DNA of 64,000 nucleotides from Eledone cirrhosa (GCA_964016885.1 OZ024743.1:320292001-320356000); one strand, 5' to 3'; counted from the first letter of the stretch, positions 30,473-43,693 are shown. Program-made: numbers and translations. Notes: generated by a model not told the origin, from the sequence alone.

Positions 30473-31189
30473 TGAGAGGGAGAAGGGGAGTGGCTTTTGG
30501 ATAGGCTGCTGGGATTACGATTGTATTTTCGGAGACTCATTTCTGATCTAGCGATTTGTCTATAAACAAACATTTTATTTCATTTCATAGCAGTCAATTC
30601 AACTGGCATAAATGAGTTGTAACTGTAATTCAAAATGGGCCAGCTTTCTCACACAGTTTGACGCTGATTAATTTTATGCATTTCAGAAAGTAACATCCTT
30701 TTTAGAAGATAATTACTCCTATTACTCTGTCTATCGCAGAATATTATTCCTTAATAGTAGCGCTATTTATATCAAGCAGTCTAATTTGCATATGCATTTA
30801 TTAGATAATGTAATTAATTAAATAATAAAATTCTATGCAGAACACATTGTATATTGAATGATGTAATATAAATGTAATATAAAAATCTGGAAGTGTAAAC
30901 GTTTAAAATGTTAGTTATCACCTGATAAGGAGGGAATAATTTCTAAAACCTGTGAAGATAATGTCTTGCCTTGGTACGGACATCATGTAAATTACACGCA
31001 TCGGTTAAATTACCCTTCGGTTTTACTATTTATCACTTATAAACCCCAAACCTGTTGGTTATTGAACTAATTTATTAATTATGTCACCTCATCGTTGGCT
31101 CATGCCCCCTGTGTTACCTCTTTCTCTCCTTAACGTTATCATATTTTTGCTGCCTGTATGCAATAGTGTTTTTGCATAATAATTGTTAT

Positions 31190-33124
31190 TTGGTTACTCT
31201 GGATGGATTTCCAACTTTATATCAATCAACATAGAGTTGCGAGTGGAAAAAGGAATGCATGACAAGATTGAGCTCTGCAAATTTCAAAGACTATCTTTGA
31301 TATTTGTTGATTGATATTGCAAAGCTCAACAAACAGGAAACTGAAGCCTTAAGCGGTCGATGTGAAGAACTGTTTACATGATTGGGCTCCCTGGTAGGAA
31401 CCAGTTGTTTCTTTGCCATAAAAAAATGATAGTGATTACTTCGATGAGATTTGGTAGTGTCTGTTTCGCAACCAATTCTGTTCTGTTACATATGTTTTGT
31501 GATCCAACTTTTGTCAACTTGTGTGAAGACATCCCAGCAGGTTCTAAATAGTTCAGACATTGATTAGATAATTGACTACTGTTTCATCACCTTGTCACAT
31601 TGTCAAAAAACTTACATATTCATGAGTCACCTGGAATATTTCGAAGAATAATTAATATGTTGAGCCATCTCATTCTTAAAAGCAAGGATTACCCTTTCAC
31701 TCAACCAAATTTCGTTGAAGAATTTCAGATATAGATTTGGATAAAATTTTGCCTTGGATTTGTCCAATTATTTTTACAGATTTTGAGAAATAATTCAGAA
31801 AACGCACCAGCTCTCATTCCTTATAAAATCACCCTGACGTTGGCTTGTTAACCAATCTTCGTAACTTGCTGCCATAGTTATGATATCACAATGAGTGTCT
31901 TCAGTTCTCTACTACAGTCGTCCCAAACAGCGAGTTTGCGCATATCCAAAACTTTTGCAAGTCCAATTAGTTTCTTAGTGTTTATTATGTTTACTCTTGT
32001 TGCAAGATCCAATGGCAGTTTGCGTATTGAATTTGCTGTTCTTTCTTCTTCCAACAATCTTACAACAATATCATATGAAGATAAAATCATGGCAATATTT
32101 GTCTCTTTGCCCATTACATCCAGAATTTAGTCTTTCCTGCTCCTCAAGTTGGGTCTAAAAAGATAAGTCCATTTTTGTTTTGCCCTTTGCAATATTTTGT
32201 TGTAGGTAGCTGGGAACACACATTCAGTAATGATATTAACAAAGTCATTGAATGTTTCAACGTTTCAACATTGTGGGAATATTTCTCTCAGTATTGCACA
32301 CTAAGTATTAAGTGAACAAGTTTTCAATTGGTTGAAACACTTCAAACTGTTTACGACTTTTTTCTGTTTAGCGTGATAATTTCGTTTTTGAGTTGCAGGA
32401 TAGCAACAATAAAAATAGACATAAAGAATTAACTCAACTCTCAGACTTTCTCATTGAAACTTCTTCATGTTATCTTCTGACATGCTTTCCATACAATTCT
32501 CTCAAATCCCAAAAGCATGATTGCAAATAGATTTCTCATGCGCGGAGAGGGTTTTGTAGCTTCTGCTTCGTTTAGAGGGTCATCTTAACGTGAATCATCA
32601 AGTAATCCATGTTGGTGGCAATATGGATCGTAAACTGTTCCTTTTACAGCTATGAAAGACTGAAATGAAGTTGGCCCTTTAGTTGTGAATAGTAGCAGCC
32701 GAAAGAATACAGATTTACTGTTTTTGAATTAACTTTATCAACTTTCAAGTGGATTGCTTGTCTTAATCATTGGATATACGTCATCCAATGCTCTTTACAA
32801 GCTAGTTGATTCCACGTGAGAATTGATTGGACAGCAGTGACTTTCCAAACACCCCTGTCCGGAGAATGTAGTGAGTGTTGTTTTTATGAAATCAATAGCA
32901 TTGTTCCATTGTCTTCGGAGATGCAAACCTTGTAATAATTATCTGGATATCGTTCTTAAATAGAAAAGTTGAAGATTCTTCACGAAGCTTAATTGTGGTT
33001 CTTTTCAATCAGAATGACAGATTGGTCACTTCTCGTGTTCATTTATTTGCAGATATTTACATGATGCTTTTCAGTGAGATTCAGAATTCGACATTGGTGT
33101 GAGAATCAAGTCTCTAGCACAGAA
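31190..33124 (-). pseudogene. Helitron Pif1 helicase remnant (mirror copy, truncated at 33124)
   Basis: Reverse complement of 40958-42950; SSYDIVVRLLEEERTANSIRKLPLDL..KLAVWDDCS. Confidence 0.65.
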
Positions 33125-33726
33125 ATTTCATTTCTCACTTTTAGTACGGCTGTTACTTAAATACAAGTATGTATACGTACATACATATATGTATACAGAC
33201 GTACAGCAGTATGTATATACATACATACATGCACACACATATATATGAACGTATGGGTTTAACGAACATTATAATAAATGTTTGTAAACCGAACATTATA
33301 ATAAATGTTCGTTAAACCCATACGTACATATATATGTGTGCATGAATATATGTACGAGCTTTCTTAGTGAGGAGGGTGATATTTGGACACCCTGCGGGAT
33401 GAAATACAAGACCCGGCAAAGAGCGGAGGAACTAAACAGAGTCAACGGCCATACAAATAGTACTCAAATCCACCTGGCAGTGAAAGGCCCCCCAGTTGTC
33501 ACAACACCTTTCTTAGAGAGGGAAACTCTGAAAAATACCTGCCGCTTCGGAAGCATCCGATGATGTTGACAAGTTCTCCTTTTCGGGTAGTGTTTTCGAT
33601 GCTCAGAAAGTGGGGATTGGTCGAGTGCAAGGCCTTTGTCCACGTAAAGAACCCTCAAAGCACAGGCATTGCTTGTTCAAGATCTCTTACAAGCGACTGC
33701 AATACATTTAGCAGAGTCTGCAGCCA

Positions 33727-33804
<78 letters not shown>

Positions 33805-33911
33805 TATATGTCTGAATGAAGTAATTCCGTCGGAAAGGTATAGGAAAAAAGAGTGTTCAATGTAGGTTACAGAGTTTATTAGTTATGTAATAAACAACAT
33901 AAGATAAGTTT

Positions 33912-33969
33912 TTCATTTACCAGTGGTTTCTTGAAAGCAGATATATATGCATTCAGTCGTCAGAATGAA
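33912..33969 (-). ncRNA. Hammerhead 'ctgacgactgaa' family; mirror 37449-37506
   Basis: Reverse complement ttcatt-CTGACGA-ctgaatgca..tgctttcaa-GAAA-ccactgg-TA-aatgaa. Confidence 0.7.
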
Positions 33970-34062
33970 TAAAACATGGTGTTTTTATTAAATGTGGATT
34001 TGAAAACAAAATATAAGAAATATGAAAGTGAGGCGGAGGAAACAACGGGCGAAGAAGAAAAG

Positions 34063-34093
<31 letters not shown>

Positions 34094-34146
34094 CGTGGGA
34101 AAGTGAAAAATCGGAGAATAGACCGTTAAAACATGTTTATTTAAAA

Positions 34147-34191
34147 TATCACCTACGTACGTTTCGCCCAGTTGGGCTTCTCAAGGGCATA
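34147..34191 (-). ncRNA. U3-A8 variant hammerhead in the Penelope 3' UTR; mirror 37171-37215
   Basis: gccc-TTGAGAA-gccca(ac)tgggc-GAAA-cgtacg-TA-ggtg; palindromic ACGTACGT stem III. Confidence 0.7.
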
Positions 34192-34439
34192 AACAATCAC
34201 AAGTGTTCCTTATATAGTTCAGAAAGAGTTTTGGGGGTTAAATCCACATCAAGATTCATTGCTCGCAAAAATATCTTGTTTTGATTTTGCAGCAGGTCAA
34301 GGGAGGTAACTTTGGCCGGTGTTAGGGCAGTCCTTCCCGGATAATTTTTGGTATGCAAGGATTGTTTTCTGGGTGTTATTTTGCTGCGCCTGCCCGCCGG
34401 GGTGTTAAGACTTGTTGCAGGGAGATCCAGTGTGCTATT

Positions 34440-36539
34440 TCACTCTTCATTCTTAACCCATCTAAAGAAGGATATTTTTAAGCGATGTGTACAACTTATC
34501 GCTGTTTCAGCTCTGCTGTTGATGAGCTCGTGGGGTGCAGTTATGATGTGGTAGAGCTCCATGAGGCAAAGATCGCATTTCCTCTTGAAGTTGTACGGTG
34601 CAGCCCTGTCGACAATCTCCCAGTGCGTGGAGAAGCTAATGTTTAAGTCCTTTAGTGATGTGATGTAGTCCGCGAGCGAGGTGGAGTGCCTTAGTTTTCT
34701 ATTTGTGAAAGAGTGGAGATGTGTTCGAAACCTAATTTTGAACGGGCCGGAGGTGGCCCCTATATAATGTTTAACGCTATTGTGGCTAGTAATAGTGCAT
34801 CTATTTATAACCCTATCGGTCAAGCAGTATCCTCTAAGGGGGCACCGTCCTCTGTCGCGGCAGTTGCAATTTCTGTCGCTGTTCCGTCTATTTCCCACGA
34901 TAAGGCTATCATTGTTGCTGCCTACGTTGCTAGCTGCGCTACCGCAGCTGTCGTTAGCACAATTACAGCCCACAGCACGCGGGATGGTGCGATTGTTATT
35001 CCGCACGCCACGTTTTGCATGCTCCCCAGTCACTTCGCGGTCATTCTGGTTGCGTCTGCGGATGCCGTTGCCAACACTATTGGATGCTGTCAGGGAGTTG
35101 TTAAGGCCGATACAGTTATTGTCAGGTGTAGGTGCGTCTGCGTCGAGGTGCTGTGTCTTGGTGATCTTACTGTGGTTCGTTGTTCCTATGATGTCTGCTA
35201 GGTTAGGAGTAGTAGAGAAGGATATTTTTATATTGTTCCTATTAAGAATTTTTCTATACCTATGGTTGGGTGGGAAGTTCTTCTCTAAGGCTTCGAAGAA
35301 TATCCGGGGTATGTTGGAGGCCACACTTCGAGAGTAGGGGGGGGGGGTGTGGAACCATAGGACGTTACGGTGGCGATTACGTGTCCTTGTACTTTTGCTA
35401 CGGGTGGTTCCATCTAAGTGATCGCTCATATGTGTGTTAATGCGCTGTCGCCCGTTCGGTGCCCCTTTCGCTTTATGCTCGGGTGCACTCTTTCTACCAC
35501 TTCCATGTTTATGTACACGAAGATGTTGGTTGGAAGGCGTTGGTAGTAGGCCGTCGCCTTTGTTGGTTTTGTAATAGGGTAATAGTTTGAGTAATCTACA
35601 GTATTCACCGTCGCCGGGGACGTGATCTTTGGTGCGGTTATCTATTCTATTATATCCGACTTTAACGAGGTCGCCGCGTGATCGGTTATAGGTATGGCTT
35701 ACTATAACGTTAGTTTTATGAGGGGGGTGGTTTCTAGAGCTAGCGTTAGGGATGTAGGAAATTCCTCGGTTAAAGCCGGCGCTTATCAGGGCCCTATTGT
35801 AGTAATCAGCAGCTTGGTTGAAGATATCCTCATTGGCGGATAGCCTCGAGATTCTATGTGAGATACTATAGACTATGGAGTTGAGAGTCTGCTTAGGGTG
35901 GTTGGAGGCATAATTAATATAAGAGAGGCACTCTCCAGGCTTATGGTATGGCTTGCATAAGCCCGTACTCAACTCCAGGGTCACGTCCAGGAAGTTGACA
36001 ACCCTGTGGTTGAGGTCCATAGTTACGGATAGGCCGTATGACTTAAAGAACCTGTGTATATGTTTGTTAAGGTTCTCTATCCTACGGGGGCTATGGTTCC
36101 TAACGGTAAACAGGGCGTCGTCCCTATATACACCTCCTTGTAGGGCCGGTATTTCTTCCCTAAGCTTATGTAGGAGGTATATCCCAACCAGGTCAGTTGC
36201 TTGCGCTGAGTCGCTGGACCCCATCGTGACATCGAAGTTATCAGGACGGTTGGTTCTGGTCCAGTGGGAGCCTTCGAACTGGATAATGGTTCTACGTGCC
36301 GCTAGAATTATGTCTATTTCTTTTTTGGTGAGGCTAGTGTTAGATCTAGCTAAGATAAGTGCCTTATTTAAGAGTATGGGGGAGATAGAGGCGTAGTAGC
36401 TATCTATATCAAACTGGATGAATTTCAGGGTGGCTTTATCCGGCAACTCGGTGAACCAATTTATGACCTGGTCGGTATTGCCCCAGAGGCAGACCTTAGC
36501 CTTTCTATTAAGCTCGAGTAGTACTCTGTCAATGATCAC
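34440..36539 (-). CDS. Penelope-like reverse transcriptase + GIY-YIG endonuclease (N-terminally truncated, uninterrupted 699 aa)
   Basis: FIQFDIDSYYASI, FDVTMGSSDSAQATDLVG, GVYRDDAL, VNFLDVTL, CNCRDRGRCPLRGYC, VINRC..HYIGAT..R, CDLCLME; homologous frame continues to the fold-back junction (DIGKISKV, ~36560). Confidence 0.92.
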   Translation of the reverse strand: MIIDRVLLELNRKAKVCLWGNTDQVINWFTELPDKATLKFIQFDIDSYYASISPILLNKALILARSNTSLTKKEIDIILAARRTIIQFEGSHWTRTNRPDNFDVTMGSSDSAQATDLVGIYLLHKLREEIPALQGGVYRDDALFTVRNHSPRRIENLNKHIHRFFKSYGLSVTMDLNHRVVNFLDVTLELSTGLCKPYHKPGECLSYINYASNHPKQTLNSIVYSISHRISRLSANEDIFNQAADYYNRALISAGFNRGISYIPNASSRNHPPHKTNVIVSHTYNRSRGDLVKVGYNRIDNRTKDHVPGDGEYCRLLKLLPYYKTNKGDGLLPTPSNQHLRVHKHGSGRKSAPEHKAKGAPNGRQRINTHMSDHLDGTTRSKSTRTRNRHRNVLWFHTPPPYSRSVASNIPRIFFEALEKNFPPNHRYRKILNRNNIKISFSTTPNLADIIGTTNHSKITKTQHLDADAPTPDNNCIGLNNSLTASNSVGNGIRRRNQNDREVTGEHAKRGVRNNNRTIPRAVGCNCANDSCGSAASNVGSNNDSLIVGNRRNSDRNCNCRDRGRCPLRGYCLTDRVINRCTITSHNSVKHYIGATSGPFKIRFRTHLHSFTNRKLRHSTSLADYITSLKDLNISFSTHWEIVDRAAPYNFKRKCDLCLMELYHIITAPHELINSRAETAISCTHRLKISFFRWVKNEE

Positions 36540-37267
36540 TTTACTAATCTTACCTATATCTATGCACTATTACTAGCCACAATAGCGTTAAACATTATAT
36601 AGGGGCCACCTCCGGCCCGTTCAAAATTAGGTTTCGAACACATCTCCACTCTTTCACAAATAGAAAACTAAGGCACCCCACCTCGCTCGCGGACTACATC
36701 ACATCACTAAAGGACTTAAACATTAGCTTCTCCACGCACTGGGAGATTGTCGACAGGGCTGCACCGTACAACTTCAAGAGGAAATGCGATCTTTGCCTCA
36801 TAGAGCTCTACCACATCATAACTGCACCCCACGAGCTCATCAACAGCAGAGCTGAAACAGCGATAAGTTGTACGCATCGCTTAAAAATATCCTTCTTTAG
36901 ATGGGTTAAGAATGAAGAGTGAAATAGCACACTGGATCTCCCTGCAACAAGTCTTAACACCCCGGCGGGCAGGCGCAGCAAAATAACACCCAGAAAACAA
37001 TCCTTGCATACCAAAAATTATCCGGGAAGGACTGCCCTAACACCGGCCAAAGTTACCTCCCTTGACCTGCTGCAAAATCAAAACAAGATATTTTTGCGAG
37101 CAATGAATCTTGATGTGGATTTAACCCCCAAAACTCTTTCCGAACTATATAAGGAACACTTGTGATTGTTTATGCCCTTGAGAAGCCCAACTGGGCGAAA
37201 CGTACGTAGGTGATATTTTAAATAAACATGTTTTAACGGTCTATTCTCCGATTTTTCACTTTCCCAC

Positions 37268-37355
<88 letters not shown>

Positions 37356-38623
37356 CTTTTCTTCTTCGCCCGTTGTTTCCTCCGCCTCACTTTCATATTT
37401 CTTATATTTTGTTTTCAAATCCACATTTAATAAAAACACCATGTTTTATTCATTCTGACGACTGAATGCATATATATCTGCTTTCAAGAAACCACTGGTA
37501 AATTAAATAATTATCTTATGTTGTTTATTACATAACTAATAAACTCTGTAACCTACATTGAACACTCTTTTTTCCCATAACTTTCCGACGGAATTACTTC
37601 ATTCAGACATATATATATATATATATATATATATGGTGGCTGCAGACTCTGCTAAATGTATTGCAGTCGCTTGTAAGAGATCTTGAACAAGCAATGCCTG
37701 TGCTTTGAGGGTTCTTTACGTGGACAAAGGCCTTGCACTCGACCAATCCCCACTTTCTGAGCATCGAAAACACTACCCGAAAAGGAGAACTTGTCAACAT
37801 CATCGGATGCTTCCGAAGCGGCAGGTATTTTTCAGAGTTTCCCTCTCTAAGAAAGGTGTTGTGACAACTGGGAGGCCTTTCACTGCCAGGTGGATTTGAG
37901 TACTATTTAGATGGCCGTTGACTCTGTTTAGTTCCTCCGCTCTTTGCCGGGTCTTGTATTTCATCCCGCAGGGTGTCCAAATATCACCCTCCTCACTAAG
38001 AAAGCTCGTACATATATTCATGCATACATATATATGTACGTATGGGTTTAACCAACATTTATTATAATGTTCGGTTTACAAACATTTATTATAATGTTCG
38101 TTAAACCCATACGTTCATATATATGTGTGGGCATGTATGTATGTATATGCATACTGCTGTACGTCTGTATACATATATGTATGTACGTATACATACTTGT
38201 ATTTAAGTAACAGCCCTACCAAGAGTGAGAAATGAAATTTCATTTCTTCCATTTATCGTTTTCGGTACACCCAGCCGACTAACTCACTCGATATGCAAAT
38301 TAGGCTGCTCAGCCGTTAATATGCATCAGGAAAGTATATACTTTTAAACGTTCAATTGACTGACAGGAAGGTATACGGTGCTATGACTGCTTATAAGCTA
38401 GAAACTAGTTCATCGTTTCTTTGTCAGTGTTGAACAAAAGGGCAACGAGGGTTGCCGAACACTGGACGGGTTAATTCGGGCTGTTTGTTAACAAACAAAC
38501 CCAACATTATAATAAATGTTCGTTAAACCCATACGTACATATATATATATGTGTGCATGTATGTATGTATATACATACTACTGTACGTCTGTATACATGT
38601 ATCTATGTACGTATACATACTTG

Positions 38624-38662
<39 letters not shown>

Positions 38663-39667
38663 GCACATACATGTAAGTATCTATGTATGTATAATTTTAA
38701 ACAACAGTATCTATGTATGGACATACGTATAAGTATGTGTTGCTATAGGAGTCGATCGAGGCAGGAGTAGGGATTGTGAGTGTGTAGGGGGTGGTTTACC
38801 TTGGGCTCGGTGTGGCGGGGCTACTGTCTCTATAGCTTGAGGGTAGTTCCCATCCCAATGTGTTGTTATTGTCCATATAGCTTGAGGAAGGTCCCGGTCC
38901 TGAGGTGTCTACATGTACCGAAGAAGTCGGTCTTGAGGTTTATTGGGCTGCTTCCACCGCTGAGTATCTCGAGGGTCTCGCTCAGACATAGTTTGCAGAT
39001 ACCAGATCCCCCCTCCTACTTCGTCGAGTGCTCCAATCTGCATACTGAGGTGTCGGTAAACAACCAACATATACTAAAAAAAAAAAAATATATATATATA
39101 TATATGACAAGTAAGTTTGTTTTGAAACAGCGAGCGAAGTTCGAAATTTTAGTAGAAATAGAAGCTTTCACCGAGTTTTTGGCTAGAGAAATTTTAGCCT
39201 GATAGTGCGGTTTAAAATCTTCTAAAAATTGGAAAATAATGAGTATTGACGTACATGCACGTCAATACTCATCCTTGTGTATGTATGTGAGTGTGTGTGT
39301 GTTTGTGAGCTTGTGCCTGTATGTATGTATATACGTATATATATTTTTTCTTGGTGAGACAGAGACAATATACTTTAGGATTATTCAAGTATTCGAAACG
39401 AAATAGATTTGTCACGTTCTCAATATGTTTTTGAACTTAAATGATGGAATGTCTAGAGATACAACCTCCAGATAAAACGATGCTATTTAAAATAGCTTTC
39501 ATCATTTTACACGAGAATCTGAAGCAACAAATATCACGTCGACAAAAGGATTGTGATATGATGAGAAGGTGATTACAAGAGACCGAAAGACAAACCAAAG
39601 TTATACGAATACAAGATCCTCTAAACCGGTTACAAGAGACCAAACAACAAACCAAAGTTATACGAAC

Positions 39668-39780
39668 ATAATTGTTTCTATGTTAGGCACAAGGCCAGCA
39701 ATTACCCAGTGTATTACTGGTACTTTATTTTATCGACCCCGTAAGGATGAAAGCAAAGTTAACCTCGGCGGGATTTGAAC
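39668..39780 (-). mobile_element. SINE fragment
   Basis: ggcacaaggccagc..tactggtactttattttatcgacccc..ggcgggatttgaac matches the 338-470 family. Confidence 0.7.
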
Positions 39781-39849
39781 ATAATATACGAACATAATAT
39801 TGGCTGTTAATCATTCAAAAGGGACTAAGAACTTTGAAAGAACTAATGA

Positions 39850-42800
39850 ATGGAACATTTGAATACAATCCATGTAACAATGACAAGTATCAACAAAAAA
39901 TGTGCATTGGTCGAATGTCTAGGATATGTCTGAAGTACAATGCAACGATATTTGGTAGAAAAACGCCCAAACGTTGTAGTAAAACTTGCAAAGTAAATAT
40001 ATCGGTTATAGAGGGCTTAGAAACTTGCCTGCCGTTGATAATGCAAAGAAGCTCCAATGAGCTGCTCTACCAATCTTTGAGCAATGTAAGAAAATATACT
40101 TCATTTTTCTAAATAGTGTACTAATAATGAGACTTCATGGATATATGCCAACATTTATGTTATCCTACACAGATGATGGTCTATATATATATATTCCTCT
40201 GCTAATAAGGAGGTCCAATTTCTAGTGGATCCATAATCATTAAAGTGTTTTACAACAGCTTTTACGCATACAGAAAAATGAATGTGATCTTCTACTTCAA
40301 ACCACAAAACTTCCAAATCAATTTGCTGTTAATATTTGTGCAACAATTGAAACTGAACGTCGTAATTTTCTTCGTTATAACCTAAAACAAAACAACTAAG
40401 ATTTGGAGACTACAAATATATGAAGGATGCTGTTGAGATATATGCTCGTGTAAATGATTTTAGTCACTTGGTGATATGACATTACATTCATCTTTCATCG
40501 GCGATCCGACATACATATGTGATAATATACAGATTCGTTTGAAAGTTCAAATGATGATGACTCTGATATACAAAGGAGATATATTTGGTTCTCTGCTGTC
40601 AGATGTTATATGTACTCTGTTAAATGACAGAAGAGGCGACTTTCGCAGTGACGCTCGGGTTTGATTGAAATGAAAAATAAATTTGATCAAACAGTTTGAT
40701 TCATCAGTGGGAAGCTGCCAAACCTGGAAGAGGGTTATAAACTTGTTTCAGATCATCAAAAACGACTACAGCTACATGGAGCATATTTCAATTTCAACAA
40801 AATTTCTCTACGTATGAAGGATAGAAAATGTTTCGAAAGATAACCTAGATCACTGAGGCTGAAAAGATAAAATCGGGCAAGAAGAATGTCTTATCTACCA
40901 GAGGGAAAGCTCAACTAATAGAATATTATTTACCAAAAATAAACCAATAGCTGCCCTCTTCTGTGCTAGAGACTTGATTCTCACATCAATGTCGAATTCT
41001 GAATCTCACTGAAAAGCATCATGTAAATATCTGCAAATAAATGAACACGAGAAGTGACCAATCTGTCATTCTGATTGAAAAGAACCACAATTAAGCTTCG
41101 TGAAGAATCTTCAACTTTTCTATTTAGGAACGATATCCAGATAATTATTACAAGGTTTGCATCTCCGAAGACAATGGAACAATGCTATTGATTCCATAAA
41201 AACAACACTCACTACATTCTCCGGACAGGGGTGTTTGGAAAGTCACTGCTGTCCAATCAATTCTAACGTGGAATCAACTAGCTTGTAAAGAGCATTGGAT
41301 GACGTATATCCAATGATTAAGACAAGCAATCCACTTGAAAGTTGATAAAGTTAATTCAAAAACAGTAAATGTGTCTTCTTTCGGCTGCTACTATACACAA
41401 CTAAAGCGCCAACTTCATTTCAGTCTTTCATAACTGTAAAAGGAACAGTTTACGATCCATATTGCCACCAACATGGATTACTTGATGATTCACGTTAAGA
41501 TGACCCTCTAAACGAAGCAGAAGCTACAAAACCCTCTCCGCACATGAGAAATCTATTTGCAATCATGCTTTTGGGATTTGAGAGAATTGTATGGAAAGCA
41601 TGTCAGAAGATAACATGAAGAAGTTTCAATGAGAAAGTCTGAGAGTTGAGTTAATTCTTTATGTCTATTTTTATTGTTGCTATCCTGCAACTCAAAAACG
41701 AAATTATCACGCTAAACAGAAAAAAGTCGTAAACAGTTTGAAGTGTTTCAACCAATTGAAAACTTGTTCACTTAATACTTAGTGTGCAATACTGAGAGAA
41801 ATATTCCCACAATGTTGAAACGTTGAAACATTCAATGACTTTGTTAATATCATTACTGAATGTGTGTTCCCAGCTACCTACAACAAAATATTGCAAAGGG
41901 CAAAACAAAAATGGACTTATCTTTTTAGACCCAACTTGAGGAGCAGGAAAGACTAAATTCTGGATGTAATGGGCAAAGAGACAAATATTGCCATGATTTT
42001 ATCTTCATATGATATTGTTGTAAGATTGTTGGAAGAAGAAAGAACAGCAAATTCAATACGCAAACTGCCATTGGATCTTGCAACAAGAGTAAACATAATA
42101 AACACTAAGAAACTAATTGGACTTGCAAAAGTTTTGGATATGCGCAAACTCGCTGTTTGGGACGACTGTAGTAGAGAACTGAAGACACTCATTGTGATAT
42201 CATAACTATGGCAGCAAGTTACGAAGATTGGTTAACAAGCCAACGTCAGAGTGATTTTATAAGGAATGAGAGCTGGTGCGTTTTCTGAATTATATCTCAA
42301 AATTAGAAATGGACAAACCTCTAGTGCTAGTTAGCAGAATGTTCAGAGAAATCTGTAAAAATAATTGGACAAATCCAAGGCAAAATTTTATCCAAATCTA
42401 TATCTGAAATTCTTCAACGAAATTTGGTTGAGTGAAAGGGTAATCCTTGCTTTTAAGAATGAGATGGCTCAACATATTAATTATTCTTCGAAATATTCCA
42501 GGTGACTCATGAATATGTAAGTTTTTTGACAATATGACAAGGTGATGAAACAGTAGTCAATTATCTAATCAATGTCTGAACTATTTAGAACCTGCTGGGA
42601 TGTCTTCACACAAGTTGACAAAAGTTGGATCACAAAACATATGTAACAGAACAGAATTGGTTGCGAAACAGACACTACCAAATCTCATCGAAGTAATCAC
42701 TATCATTTTTTTATGGCAAAGAAACAACTGGTTCCTACCAGGGAGCCCAATCATGTAAACAGTTCTTCACATAGACCGCTTAAGGCTTCAGTTTCCTGTT

Positions 42801-42950
42801 TGTTGAGCTTTGCAATATCAATCAACAAATATCAAAGATAGTCTTTGAAATTTGCAGAGCTCAATCTTGTCATGCATTCCTTTTTCCACTCGCAACTCTA
42901 TGTTGATTGATATAAAGTTGGAAATCCATCCAGAGTAACCAAATAACAAT
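39850..42950 (+). pseudogene. Decayed Helitron Rep/Pif1 helicase
   Basis: LHSSFIGDPTY (Rep region), PTSFQS..TVKG, Walker-A remnant GAGKT, RTANSIRKLPLDL, VWDDCS; many stops. Confidence 0.7.
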
Positions 42951-43661
42951 TATTATGCAAAAACACTATTGCATACAGGCAGCAAAAATATGATAACGTT
43001 AAGGAGAGAAAGAGGTAACACAGGGGGCATGAGCCAACGATGAGGTGACATAATTAATAAATTAGTTAAATAACCAACAGGTTTGGGGTTTATAAGTGAT
43101 AAATAGTAAAACCGAAGGGTAATTTAACCGATGCGTGTAATTTACATGATGTCCGTACCAAGGCAAGACATTATCTTCACAGGTTTTAGAAATTATTCCC
43201 TCCTTATCAGGTGATAACTAACATTTTAAACGTTTACACTTCCAGATTTTTATATTACATTTATATTACATCATTCAATATACAATGTGTTCTGCATAGA
43301 ATTTTATTATTTAATTAATTACATTATCTAATAAATGCATATGCAAATTAGACTGCTTGATATAAATAGCGCTACTATTAAGGAATAATATTCTGCGATA
43401 GACAGAGTAATAGGAGTAATTATCTTCTAAAAAGGATGTTACTTTCTGAAATGCATAAAATTAATCAGCGTCAAACTGTGTGAGAAAGCTGGCCCATTTT
43501 GAATTACAGTTACAACTCATTTATGCCAGTTGAATTGACTGCTATGAAATGAAATAAAATGTTTGTTTATAGACAAATCGCTAGATCAGAAATGAGTCTC
43601 CGAAAATACAATCGTAATCCCAGCAGCCTATCCAAAAGCCACTCCCCTTCTCCCTCTCACT

Positions 43662-43693
<32 letters not shown>

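Larger units (their letters stand above)
34094..36561 (-). mobile_element. Penelope-like retroelement, 5'-truncated, at the palindrome centre
   Basis: RT + GIY-YIG ORF, 3' UTR with hammerhead, 3' end at a (TA)n tract, 5' end fused to an inverted copy of its own 3' region. Confidence 0.93.

Noticed and set aside
30915-30965. CTGATAAG..TAAAA hammerhead-like motif (mirror ~43175-43220)
   Set aside because: Core and GAAA both altered and stems weak; not supportable
34713-36396. Plus-strand ORFs overlapping the Penelope ORF, and similar ones opposite the RTE ORFs
   Set aside because: Antisense shadows of coding sequence with no motifs
33122-38241. DNA transposon with 1.7-kb TIRs around an RT gene
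   Set aside because: The inverted repeats begin inside the ORF, include unrelated flanking repeats, and continue into the giant palindrome after a deletion; no TSD seen
38740-39090. GC-richer segment next to an A-run, possible retrocopy or LINE ORF1 piece
   Set aside because: No recognisable protein motif on either strand by eye
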